Source: Acidobacteriota bacterium
GTDB lineage: Bacteria; Acidobacteriota; Vicinamibacteria; Marinacidobacterales; Marinacidobacteraceae
Direction: 5' to 3'
DNA: 64,000 nt
Assembly (NCBI GenBank): GCA_009835985.1
Contig: VXWI01000115.1
Coordinates: 11,145-75,144 of the forward strand
The notes below the pieces were generated by a model. It worked only from the letters and a program-made list of their open reading frames with translations, was not told the DNA's origin and ran no database searches. Made by a program: the position numbers and the translations under genes. Positions 19,833-28,894 of the stretch are shown here, piece after piece. Numbering within the stretch: position 1 is the stretch's first letter; each line of letters opens with the position of its first letter.

Positions 19833-22800
19833 CTTCTCCCGCTCCGAATCGCCGAAACCGCCGGTTCCGGCTGGTGTTGGCGGGCGCCGCCGCCGCCTCG
19901 GCGGTGTCCCTCGGCGTGATCCTCTGGGTGGTGTCGAGCCTGGATCAGCAGCGGCTCGGCGCCTACGTCACCGACCGTCTCAGCGCTGTCCTGGGCCGCC
20001 CGGTCGCGGCGAGCGGCTTCGAGTTCTCGCTGCCGGAGGGGGAGTTCGTCCTCCGCGGACTCCAGCTCGGGCGGGAACCCACGGAGATCGGTCCGCCGCC
20101 GCCGGCATTCTCGATCGACCGGGTCCGGGGCCGCCTGAGCTGGCGGTCGCTGTTTCCCGCACGCCTCCACCTCGAGAGCCTCGATGTCGAGGGAGTGGGC
20201 CTCTGGGGTCTCGACGACGGGGGAAAGCCGCCGCCGGAGTCCGCCCCCCTGGGACCGGCCATCGAGGCGGTGGCCGCCAGGCTCTCGTTCTCTTCGAACC
20301 GCATGTCCGTTTCCGGAACCACGATCGGGTACCGGAACCGGCCGACGCCGTGGGAAGTCCGCGCCGACGACGTCGCCTTCAGCCTCCAGACCGGTGACGA
20401 AGGCGGCGTGGACGGCGAGATCCGATCCGGTTGGGGAGTGATCCGCCTCTGGGAACGGCCCGATCTTCCGATGGCGCTGTCATCGGACTTCCGGATCCGG
20501 GAGAACGACCTGCACATCGACTTCCTCGAGCTGCGCTCCGACCTGCTCGAGGTGCGCTTCGAGGGGACGATGGACATGGCGAACGATCTCGACGGCCGCC
20601 TGCGGATGGTCGGGAGCGGGGACGCCGGCGGTCTGGGCCGTTTCCTGTTCGAGTTCGAGGGCATGGACACCGAGGGGGATCCGTGGCTCCAGTTCGACGG
20701 AACGGCGGGGTTTCAGGAGAACGGCCTGGCGATCGACGGCGATTTCGCCTTGCCGCGGAGCCGTTTCTTCGGCGTTCCCCTGCGGGACTGGACGGGCGTG
20801 GTGCACTGGGACCCCGAGCGCGTCGAGATCCTCTCCTCGCGCGGACTCGCGTCGGAGGGACCGGCCACCCTGCGGCTGCTCCAGGTGCAGCCGCGGGAGG
20901 AGAACCCGGCGGAGATCCTCCTGAGCGTCCGCGACGGAGCGCTGGCGCCCGCGCTGGAAGGCGTCTTCGGAACGCCGACCACGATCCGTTCGCAGGTGAC
21001 GCTCGACGCGGACCTGCGCATGCCGTTCGCCGATCCGGGCCTGATGACCGGGACCATCCAGGCCACCGGACTGATGCCGGACGAGACCGGGTCGGGAGAG
21101 TTGCCGCTCGGCTTCGAGACCGACCTGCGCATGGATGACACGGCAACCGACATCCACCGCGTCGTCCTGGAGGGCGAGGCCTTTCGCGGCTCCATGGAGG
21201 GCCGCTATCCCCGATCCGGGAACGCCAGCATCGCGGCGACCGCGCTGGCCGGCGAATCGGCCGAGGCCGACGCCATGCAGCAGGAGCTGCGCCGGGTGCT
21301 CTTCGGGGAGGATCCCGAGACGACCTGGTGGGACGTCGCGGGGGCCGGTGGGTTCGAGGGCATCGTCCGCGGCCGCTGGCCCGATCTCGTCCTCGAGGGA
21401 GAGGTCGAGGGTCAGATGATGCGCTTCTCCACGATCCACACCGAGACCCTGATTGCGACCGGGAGGATCGAGCGCGACGCCATCCATCTCGACAGCCTGA
21501 ACGCGCGCTTCGGCGGGGGAAGGATCTCGGCCTCCGGGGTCTTCGACCGCGCCACGGTGGAGTATCCGGACATGGAGTTCGACGCCGACTGGGAGGGATG
21601 GGACGCCCGGGAGATCATCGATTTCCTCGAGTGGGACCTTGAGGCCGACGGAACCACGACCGGCCGCAGCCACACCGTGCGGCGCGACGAGCGCTACACG
21701 GGGGGCGGATCCGTGGTCGGCTCCGACGGACACGTCCTCGAACAGCCGTTCGACGAGGTGGCCATCACCTGGGACATGGATGGCGATACCGCCCGGCTGG
21801 CTCCCATGAGCGGGGTGTTTCGGGCGGGCACTGCCGATGGGGTCCTCGACATCGGCCTCGTGGACTGGGAGATGGAGGGTCTCGTCACCGGGAGCGATTA
21901 CCCCCTGACGCCCGGTCTGGCGCCCGAGTGGATCTCCATCCGCTCCGATTTCCGCCTGGAGGTCGGGGGAGATCTCCTGGTTCCCGAACTCCTGCTCGAG
22001 GCGCGGGTGCCGAACGCCGCGGTCCTCGGCCTTCCGCTCGGTCCGGGCGACATCCGGGGATCCGTCCACGGCGAGGAATTCGAGGGCAGCGGGACGCTGG
22101 ACTCGGGCGCCGCGTCCTTCCGGATGCAGGGACGGGTGCCGCTCGGCACCGCCGGCGCCGGCACGGTCACGATCCGGGAAGTCGATGTCGCACCGATCCT
22201 CTTCGACGCGCCGGCCGAGCGGGGGTTCCAGGTCGTGGTTGGCGGGTCCGGAGACTTCCACATCGAGGATCCGCTCGACGAATGGATGACCGGCGCGGCG
22301 ACGCTCGAGACCCTGACGATCACGGCGCCGGACTTCGTCGCCGAAACGGGTGGTCCGACGACCGTCCGCCTGGAGGACGCGCGGGTGCACGTCGAGGGGC
22401 TCCGCCTCCTGCACGGCGACAGCCAGCTGGCGCTCGCCGGGTCCATCGGACTGGATGACGAGCTGCTCGACCTCTCGCTCCTGGGGCAGACGTCGCTGCT
22501 CGCCACCGCGCCCTTCGTGCCCTGGCTTTCGGCGGACGGCGAGTTCGGCCTGGAAGCCGCGGTGGTGGGTCCCTGGACCGAGCCCGAAGTCCTCGGCACC
22601 GGGACGATCCAGGGCGGCTCCTTCCGGGTCGAGGGGTTCCCGCACGCCCTCAGCGACGTGGAGGGCACCGTCGATTTCGATCAGCGGACGCTGCGGATCG
22701 CGGAGGTCATCGGCCGCATGGGGGGCGGCGAGGCCGTCGTATCCGGCTCGATCTCGGTCGAGGACGCGGAGTTCGCGGCCACCGACCTGCGCGTTCAGCT

Positions 22801-23743
22801 CACCGGCTCCAGCCTTCGCTATCCGAGCGACCTGAGCGCGACCGTGGACGCCGACCTGCGGCTCCTCGGCGATCAGAGCGGCCGTCTGCTCACCGGGGAG
22901 GTCCGCCTCGACCAGGCGGTCTGGAGCCGCGAGTACGAGTTCTTCGCCAGCATCCTCGCCGACGTCAACAGCGTCGCGCGCCCGGGGGAGACCGAATCGA
23001 GCGGGTTCCTGGACGCGTTGCGGATGGACATCCAGGTGGAGACGGACTCACCCTTCGCGGTCCGGAACTCCATCTTCCAGCTCGATGCCACGGCGGACTT
23101 CGATCTCCGCGGCACCGCCGGATCGCCCGCGGTGCTGGGTCGCGCCGACCTCGTCGGGGGCGAGGTGTACTTCGGCGCGCATCGCTTCCAGATCGTCGAC
23201 GGCCGGGCCGACTTCATCGATCCCGCGGGAATCCAGCCGGTGTTCGAGATCGAGGCGGAGACCACTGTCCGCAGCTACCGCGTGCAGCTCGCCGCCTCGG
23301 GGACCGCGGAACAGATCGAGCCGAATCTGAGTTCCGAGCCGCCGCTGCGGGAGGCCGACATCCTCAGGCTCCTCGCCGGGGCCCCGGAGCAGGACCTCCT
23401 GACGGCGGCGAGCGACGACGAACTCGCGGCGGCCTCCGCGGCGAGCCTGCTGAGCCAGCAGCTCAGCAACATGATCGGCCGGCGCGCCGGCCGGGTGTTC
23501 GGGATCGACCGGGTGAGCATCGATCCCTTCATGATCGGCCGTTTCAGCAATCCGACCGCCCGGGTCACGCTGGGCAAACAGGTGACCCGGGATCTCAACG
23601 TCCGCTACTCCTCGAGCCTGTCGGACGCCGAGGAGTCCATCATCGTGGTCGAGTACACCCCGAGCGGCCCGGTCTCCTGGATCTTCTCCCGGGATCAGGA
23701 TGGCTCGCTGGGGGTGGACATCCGGTTCCACCGCAGCTTCTAG
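19829..23743 (+). CDS. tamB: TamB/AsmA-family translocation and assembly module protein (DUF490 C-terminus).
   Basis: 1304 aa. N-terminal signal-anchor (RFRLVLAGAAAASAVSLGVILWVV). C-terminus ...LGKQVTRDLNVRYSSSLSDAEESIIVVEYTPSGPVSWIFSRDQDGSLGVDIRFHRSF matches DUF490/TamB. GTG start overlaps the BCCP stop (GTGA). Confidence 0.85.
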   Translation: MTSPAPNRRNRRFRLVLAGAAAASAVSLGVILWVVSSLDQQRLGAYVTDRLSAVLGRPVAASGFEFSLPEGEFVLRGLQLGREPTEIGPPPPAFSIDRVRGRLSWRSLFPARLHLESLDVEGVGLWGLDDGGKPPPESAPLGPAIEAVAARLSFSSNRMSVSGTTIGYRNRPTPWEVRADDVAFSLQTGDEGGVDGEIRSGWGVIRLWERPDLPMALSSDFRIRENDLHIDFLELRSDLLEVRFEGTMDMANDLDGRLRMVGSGDAGGLGRFLFEFEGMDTEGDPWLQFDGTAGFQENGLAIDGDFALPRSRFFGVPLRDWTGVVHWDPERVEILSSRGLASEGPATLRLLQVQPREENPAEILLSVRDGALAPALEGVFGTPTTIRSQVTLDADLRMPFADPGLMTGTIQATGLMPDETGSGELPLGFETDLRMDDTATDIHRVVLEGEAFRGSMEGRYPRSGNASIAATALAGESAEADAMQQELRRVLFGEDPETTWWDVAGAGGFEGIVRGRWPDLVLEGEVEGQMMRFSTIHTETLIATGRIERDAIHLDSLNARFGGGRISASGVFDRATVEYPDMEFDADWEGWDAREIIDFLEWDLEADGTTTGRSHTVRRDERYTGGGSVVGSDGHVLEQPFDEVAITWDMDGDTARLAPMSGVFRAGTADGVLDIGLVDWEMEGLVTGSDYPLTPGLAPEWISIRSDFRLEVGGDLLVPELLLEARVPNAAVLGLPLGPGDIRGSVHGEEFEGSGTLDSGAASFRMQGRVPLGTAGAGTVTIREVDVAPILFDAPAERGFQVVVGGSGDFHIEDPLDEWMTGAATLETLTITAPDFVAETGGPTTVRLEDARVHVEGLRLLHGDSQLALAGSIGLDDELLDLSLLGQTSLLATAPFVPWLSADGEFGLEAAVVGPWTEPEVLGTGTIQGGSFRVEGFPHALSDVEGTVDFDQRTLRIAEVIGRMGGGEAVVSGSISVEDAEFAATDLRVQLTGSSLRYPSDLSATVDADLRLLGDQSGRLLTGEVRLDQAVWSREYEFFASILADVNSVARPGETESSGFLDALRMDIQVETDSPFAVRNSIFQLDATADFDLRGTAGSPAVLGRADLVGGEVYFGAHRFQIVDGRADFIDPAGIQPVFEIEAETTVRSYRVQLAASGTAEQIEPNLSSEPPLREADILRLLAGAPEQDLLTAASDDELAAASAASLLSQQLSNMIGRRAGRVFGIDRVSIDPFMIGRFSNPTARVTLGKQVTRDLNVRYSSSLSDAEESIIVVEYTPSGPVSWIFSRDQDGSLGVDIRFHRSF

Positions 23744-23780
23744 TCGGACCGTGGTGCAAGTGCCCCACCCCGGCCCGGGG

Positions 23781-26555
23781 GTGGCTCCGGCGCCGCGTCC
23801 GGCGTTCGGCGTGCCGGCGGTCCTCCTTGCCGGCATCCTGTCGGGGGTGTTCGCGGCGCCCGCCGCCGGCGGGCAGGACGTTGCCGGTCAGCCCGAGGAT
23901 CCACTGTCCCGGCGCGTGGACTCGGTCGTGGTCCGCTGGGCCGACGGGAGCAGCGAACCGGTGCCCGAGGAGGTCTCCCGGCTGATCTCGGTACGTCCGG
24001 GAACCCGCTTCCGCCCGCTGGTCGCGCGTCAGTCGGTGAAACAGGTGTTCGCGCTCGGCCGCTTCCGCGATGTCCGGGTGCGTTCGGAGGAGGCGCGGGG
24101 CGGGGATCTGCGGCTCATCTTCGAACTCGACCCCATCCCGAGGATTGCCCGGCTGAACGTGGAGGGGGCTCCGCCCGGCGAGGATCTGAACCTCATCGCC
24201 ACGCTCGGACTGGAGGTCGGTGAGACCGTCCCGGAGGATCTGCCGGTTCGGGCGGAGGCCGGCGAAAACTGGCTTCGCTCGCGCGGTTTCGTGAGCGCGG
24301 AAGTGATCATCCGGAGCGTTCCGGACGGCCGGGATGCGCTGCTCGAGGTGGTGGTGTCCGCCGCCGACCGGGCCCGCGTGGTTTCGATCGAGGCCCTCGG
24401 GGTGGGGGAAGAACCGGGCCGCGACCTCATCGCCGCGCTGGGGATTTCGCGGGATGATCCCTGGATCGAGGCGGACGTGACGGCGCGGCTGCCGGAAGTC
24501 GAGGAACGGCTCCGCGACCGCGGGTTCCTGTTCGCCACGGCAAGCCTCGATTGGAGGCTCACCGACGCAGGGGACGTCCAGGTATTCCTGTCCGTGGACC
24601 CCGGCCCCGCAGTAACCCTGGAGGTGCAGGGGTTCGGCGCCTCTCAAGGAGACGCACAGGGCGTCGTGGACGGGCTTTCCGGACAGACACTGACGCTCGA
24701 TGCGATCGAGGCCGCCAGGCAGGAGCTTCTCGACGAACTCCGGCGCGAGGGACGGCGGGACGGCGCCGTCGCCGTGGAGAGCGTGGAGAGCGCGGACGGC
24801 GGACACCGGACCTTCCGGTTCTCGGCGGACCCGGGCCCTCGTTACGTTGTCGGCGAGGTCTCCTCGGAGGGTGCGCCTCCCCTCGAGGTGGACACCGTCG
24901 CCGAGGTCCTGCTGCCGCTCCAGCCCGGCCGCCCCTACCGCGAAGAGGAGTGGCGGGCGCTGACCGACAGTGTGCGCCGGACGCTCCGCGGTCTGGGGTA
25001 CTTCCAGGCCGAGGTGGCGCCGCTGCCGCCCCGGCCCGGGGAGCCCACGGACGATGGCGTTCCGATCGATCTCCGGGTGCGGATCGAGCCGGGTCCGCTC
25101 GCTGCCGTGGCGGCGGTCCGCTTCGAGGGCAGTGCCGCGTTCACCGACGCCGAGCTGGCGGAGGCGGCGGCCATCGCACCCGGTGCGCCGTACGTCGCCG
25201 AAGAGATCGTGAACGCCCGCGAAGACCTGGAGGCCTTCCATCGGAACCGGGGATACCTCGAGGCGGTGGTGGAGGTCGAGGCTCCGGTGGACCCCGTCAC
25301 GCACCAGGCGGAGGTCGTCTTCCGGATCCGCCCCGGGAGTTACTTCACGGTCGGCGGCATCATCGTGGCGGGCCTCGACACCACGCGGGATTCGGTGATC
25401 CGCTCCCGCCTCCCCTTCGCGGAGGGGGACGCGCTGGGGAGCGGCGATCTCCTGGAAGTGCGCCGGCGTCTCGTGTCCATGGGGGTTTTCCGCAGCGTGG
25501 ACGTGAACCTGCTGGAACCCGAGGAACCGATCAGCGAACGGAACGTGTTGATTCGCGTGGTGGAGGGCCCGCGCACCAGCATCGGCTACGGCGCGGGCTA
25601 CAGCGAGCGCGAGCAGGTTCGGGGAGAGGGCGAATGGACCCGGAACAACCTCTTCGGGATGGGCCACACCCTGAGCCTGTTCGGCCGGTTCTCGCTCAAG
25701 GGCACGCGCATGGTGGCCACCTACCGGGGGGCGGAGAGCGTCGAGGGCGAGATCCCCATCTTCGTGAGCGCGTTCCGGGAGTCCCAGGACCGGGAGAGTC
25801 TCGACTTCATCCGCTCCGGCATCGGCGTCCAGGTGACCCGCAGGATCCTCGGACGGAACGTGTTCCTGCGCTACGACCTCACCACCAGCGAGTTGTTCGA
25901 TCTGAAGATCAACCCGATCCAGATCGATCGGAACTTCGCCGACAACCTCTGGCTCTCGGCGGTCTCGGCGTCGGTGGTCACGGACACCCGCGACGATCCC
26001 GTGGACCCCCGCCGGGGCCGGTTCGGCATCGTGGACGTGGAGTGGTCGTCGGCGCTCCTCAGGTCCCGGGCGCCGTTCCTGAAGGGCCTGGGGCAGCAGT
26101 ATCTGTTCTTTCCCGTCGGCGAAGCGATCGTCCTCGCCGTCAGCGGGCGGCTCGGCCTCGCGTGGACGCTGGGTGCGGACGAGCCGGCCCTGGTTCCGAT
26201 CACCGAGCGGTTCTTCGCCGGGGGAGCCACGAGCCTGCGCGGTTACAAGCTGGACCGCGCCGGACCGCTCGATCCGAGCGGTTACCCGGTCGGCGGGAAC
26301 ATGCTCATCGTGGGGAACCTCGAGGTCCGGTTCCCCATCGTGGGGAGCCTCCGGGGCGCCGTGTTCTCGGATCACGGCGGGGTCTACAGCGAGGTCCGTT
26401 CCTTCCGCCTTCCGGACCTGGGCCATAACGCCGGCGCCGGGCTCCGCTGGAACACCCCGCTGGGGCCGCTCCGTTTCGACTACGGGATCCGGCTGGGCGA
26501 CGTCGGCGACGCCCCCCGCGGGCAGTGGCACTTCACGATAGGCCACGCCTTCTAG
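23781..26555 (+). CDS. Omp85-family outer membrane protein assembly factor (BamA/TamA-like) with multiple POTRA domains and a C-terminal D15 beta-barrel.
   Basis: Signal peptide after the GTG start; repeated POTRA-like segments; C-terminal barrel with GYSEREQ..., GGATSLRGYKLDRAGP, and terminal ...WHFTIGHAF. Roughly 925 aa. Confidence 0.8.
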   Translation: MAPAPRPAFGVPAVLLAGILSGVFAAPAAGGQDVAGQPEDPLSRRVDSVVVRWADGSSEPVPEEVSRLISVRPGTRFRPLVARQSVKQVFALGRFRDVRVRSEEARGGDLRLIFELDPIPRIARLNVEGAPPGEDLNLIATLGLEVGETVPEDLPVRAEAGENWLRSRGFVSAEVIIRSVPDGRDALLEVVVSAADRARVVSIEALGVGEEPGRDLIAALGISRDDPWIEADVTARLPEVEERLRDRGFLFATASLDWRLTDAGDVQVFLSVDPGPAVTLEVQGFGASQGDAQGVVDGLSGQTLTLDAIEAARQELLDELRREGRRDGAVAVESVESADGGHRTFRFSADPGPRYVVGEVSSEGAPPLEVDTVAEVLLPLQPGRPYREEEWRALTDSVRRTLRGLGYFQAEVAPLPPRPGEPTDDGVPIDLRVRIEPGPLAAVAAVRFEGSAAFTDAELAEAAAIAPGAPYVAEEIVNAREDLEAFHRNRGYLEAVVEVEAPVDPVTHQAEVVFRIRPGSYFTVGGIIVAGLDTTRDSVIRSRLPFAEGDALGSGDLLEVRRRLVSMGVFRSVDVNLLEPEEPISERNVLIRVVEGPRTSIGYGAGYSEREQVRGEGEWTRNNLFGMGHTLSLFGRFSLKGTRMVATYRGAESVEGEIPIFVSAFRESQDRESLDFIRSGIGVQVTRRILGRNVFLRYDLTTSELFDLKINPIQIDRNFADNLWLSAVSASVVTDTRDDPVDPRRGRFGIVDVEWSSALLRSRAPFLKGLGQQYLFFPVGEAIVLAVSGRLGLAWTLGADEPALVPITERFFAGGATSLRGYKLDRAGPLDPSGYPVGGNMLIVGNLEVRFPIVGSLRGAVFSDHGGVYSEVRSFRLPDLGHNAGAGLRWNTPLGPLRFDYGIRLGDVGDAPRGQWHFTIGHAF

Positions 26556-26564
26556 CATTGGAAC

Positions 26565-26604
26565 GCCGGCTTTAGCCGGCACGCGCTGCGCGGTAGCGCA
26601 GCGC
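26565..26604 (+). terminator. Two adjacent GC-rich hairpins (gccggc-ttta-gccggc and gcgctgcgc-ggta-gcgcagcgc) following the Omp85 gene stop.
   Basis: Perfect 6-bp and 9-bp stems beginning 10 nt after the TAG stop. No U-tract. Confidence 0.35.
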
Positions 26605-26677
26605 ACGGCGCAATCCCGACGTGCCCGGTGGGACGCCGGAACCCGGCAATCGGCCCGGGCTGTGCCAGACTGTCCCC

Positions 26678-27424
26678 GTGCGCAGACACGGCCGAATCGC
26701 GGGGAGGCGCCCGAGCTCCTGCGAGCGCCGCTCCGGGTGGTCCGCCCGCCTCGTGCTGGGCGCCTCCCTGGTGCTTGGCCCGGTCCCTGCGGCTTCAGAA
26801 GGCGGCGGCTCGGGCGGACGCGGGCAGGTTCCGGCGCGATCCGATGCCGTGGAGATCGACCGCGTACTCGCGGTCGTGAACGGCGAACCGGTGACCTACT
26901 CGGAAGTCCTGGAGGCGATCGCCCTCACCCCGGGGGTGACGCCGCCCCCGACCCTGGAGGAGACCCTGGAACGCCTCATCGATGCGAGGCTCATGGAGGG
27001 TGAGGCCCGCCGGTACCTGCAGAGCCCGCCGTCGGACGAGGAGAGCGAGGCCACGCTGCGGGCCCTCATGGACCGGTTCGCGACCCCGGGCGACTATCGC
27101 GCCACGCTCCGCCGCCTCGGCATCGCCGAGGACTACCTGCGGAAACGGATCGAGCGCGAACTGATCGTGGACCGCTACGTGGATCGTCGTTTCCGGCCGC
27201 TGGTCCAGGTGGCCCAGCGAGACGTTGAGGAGTACTACCGGACCGTGCTGCTCCCGGATCTGGACGCTGGTTCGCCCGCAACTTTGGTTGAAGTCGAGAG
27301 CCTGATTCGGAATATACTTGAACAGCGCGATCTGAATCGGCGGATTTCCGCCTGGGTGGACGAGTTGAAGTCCAGCGCCAGCATCGTGCGATTGCCGCTC
27401 TCCGAGCCGCCCCAATCGGACTGA
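26678..27424 (+). CDS. SurA N-terminal-domain-like periplasmic chaperone (no PPIase domain).
   Basis: Signal peptide (ARLVLGASLVLGPVPAAS); IDRVLAVVNGEPVTYSEVLEA... resembles the SurA/PpiD N-terminal chaperone domain. Completes a tamB-Omp85-chaperone module. A hairpin (ccttcgg-N15-ccgaagg) follows the stop. Confidence 0.5.
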   Translation: MRRHGRIAGRRPSSCERRSGWSARLVLGASLVLGPVPAASEGGGSGGRGQVPARSDAVEIDRVLAVVNGEPVTYSEVLEAIALTPGVTPPPTLEETLERLIDARLMEGEARRYLQSPPSDEESEATLRALMDRFATPGDYRATLRRLGIAEDYLRKRIERELIVDRYVDRRFRPLVQVAQRDVEEYYRTVLLPDLDAGSPATLVEVESLIRNILEQRDLNRRISAWVDELKSSASIVRLPLSEPPQSD

Positions 27425-27660
27425 ATCCTTCGGTCCCGCCGGGGCGATCCGAAGGTGTCCATCCGCGGGGAAGGGAACCTTGGTTCGGGTGTGGCGTTAC
27501 TCCTCTACCGATGGGTGAGGAGGGACGAGTCACCTTGTTTGCGGGTGACCAAAGTTACCGCTCGGAGACGGAGCGGCTGGAGCAGCGAGGATGGCACACG
27601 GCGTGCTTACCAAAGCTATAGACACAAAGTAGGCCAACAAGGAGTTATCTGGAGGGCGTC

Positions 27661-28695
27661 ATGGACCCTACGAGTACGGATTACGAAACCATCGAGTTTG
27701 TGGACGAGGCTTTCGACCTCGAGGAAGAGGAGGAAGAGTCCACTGAGGACGAGGTGGACGAGGCGACAGAACTCGGCCTCGCCCCGGACACGCACCAGAC
27801 CGGTGATCTGGATTCGATGGGCCTCTATCTGCGGGACACGCACCGGCACCGGCTGCTCACCAAGAATGACGAGCAGCGCTACAGCCGGGCCATGCAGAAG
27901 GCCCTTCGCGACATCGAGGGCACCGAGGACCCGTCGAACGAGAACCTCACGGCCTTCTACAAGAACCGCGAAAAGATGATCGAGGGGAATCTGCGCCTCG
28001 TCATCTCCATCGCCAAACAGTCCCGAGGAAAGGGGCTCCCGCTGGGCGACCTCATCCAGGAGGGCAACATCGGACTCATGCAGGCGGTCCGCAAGTTCGA
28101 GCCCGAGCGGAATCTCAAGTTCTCGACCTACGCGACGTGGTGGATCCGGCAGGCCATCTGGCGCGCGCTCTCGCAGAAGTCCCGCACCATCAAGGTCCCG
28201 ATCAACAAGCTGGATCTCCATCGCAAGGCTTCCAAGGTCAGGGCGGAACTCGAGCAGCGGTACCGGAACGATCCGGGGCGCCGCGGCAAGCGTCAGTTCC
28301 CGTCCACGGATGACGTCGCTCGCGAGATCGGCGTGCCGCCGGACAGGCTTCGCGACGCGCTCCGTTCGGTGCCGCAGATCGACTCGCTCGACGCACCGCT
28401 GGTTCCCGACGGGACGCCGCGGATCCAGTTGACTCCCGATCCGGACCAGTTGAACCCGATCGAGGGCGTCACGGACGCCGAGCAGCGCCGTCACGTGCGG
28501 GATGCGATTTCGGACCTCCCGGACCGGTTGCAGCACGTGCTCAAGCGCCGCTTCGGAATCCTGGGCGGTCCGGAAGCCAACCTCGAGGAGATCGGACGCG
28601 AGCTTCACCTCACCCGGGAGCGGGTGCGGCAGCTCGAGGCGGAAGCGCTCACGCGGCTCCGCCAGGACCCGCGCCTCCGCATCTCCGCAAACTGA
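27661..28695 (+). CDS. rpoD: RNA polymerase sigma-70 family factor (RpoD/SigA-like, group 1/2).
   Basis: Acidic N-terminus; region 2 LVISIAKQ...[37 protein letters not shown]; region 3 and 4 HTH ([22 protein letters not shown]). 344 aa. RBS aaggag upstream. Confidence 0.85.
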   Translation: MDPTSTDYETIEFVDEAFDLEEEEEESTEDEVDEATELGLAPDTHQTGDLDSMGLYLRDTHRHRLLTKNDEQRYSRAMQKALRDIEGTEDPSNENLTAFYKNREKMIEGNLRLVISIAKQSRGKGLPLGDLIQEGNIGLMQAVRKFEPERNLKFSTYATWWIRQAIWRALSQKSRTIKVPINKLDLHRKASKVRAELEQRYRNDPGRRGKRQFPSTDDVAREIGVPPDRLRDALRSVPQIDSLDAPLVPDGTPRIQLTPDPDQLNPIEGVTDAEQRRHVRDAISDLPDRLQHVLKRRFGILGGPEANLEEIGRELHLTRERVRQLEAEALTRLRQDPRLRISAN

Positions 28696-28706
28696 CCGGG
28701 CGCTTC

Positions 28707-28860
28707 GGAGCGCCGGCCTCCGGCCGGCATCGCGGCCGCAGGCCGCGAAACGCATCTTCCGTGGTGGCAACGCGGCCCCTCAGTTTCACGCGGGCCTGGC
28801 GCCCGGTACGCGCGCCTCGCCTCGCTGCGCTCGGCGATGCCGACCAGAGGTCGGCGCTCC
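28707..28860 (+). mobile_element. MITE-like repeat copy 3 (divergent/truncated, 154 bp).
   Basis: First 47 nt identical to copy 1 (ggagcgccggcctccggccggcatcgcggccgcaggccgcgaaacg). Degenerate right inverted repeat gccgaccagaggtcggcgctcc. Inserted 12 nt after the sigma-70 stop. Confidence 0.6.
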
Positions 28861-28894
28861 ACCCCCGAACCGACACGACGGATACGATGGCGCC

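Noticed and set aside
23640-26606. 988-aa antisense ORF opposite the Omp85 gene, and 20480-22645 opposite tamB
   Set aside because: Same reasoning: GC-rich antisense frames. The sense genes have diagnostic termini (DUF490 tail, C-terminal F beta-barrel signature).
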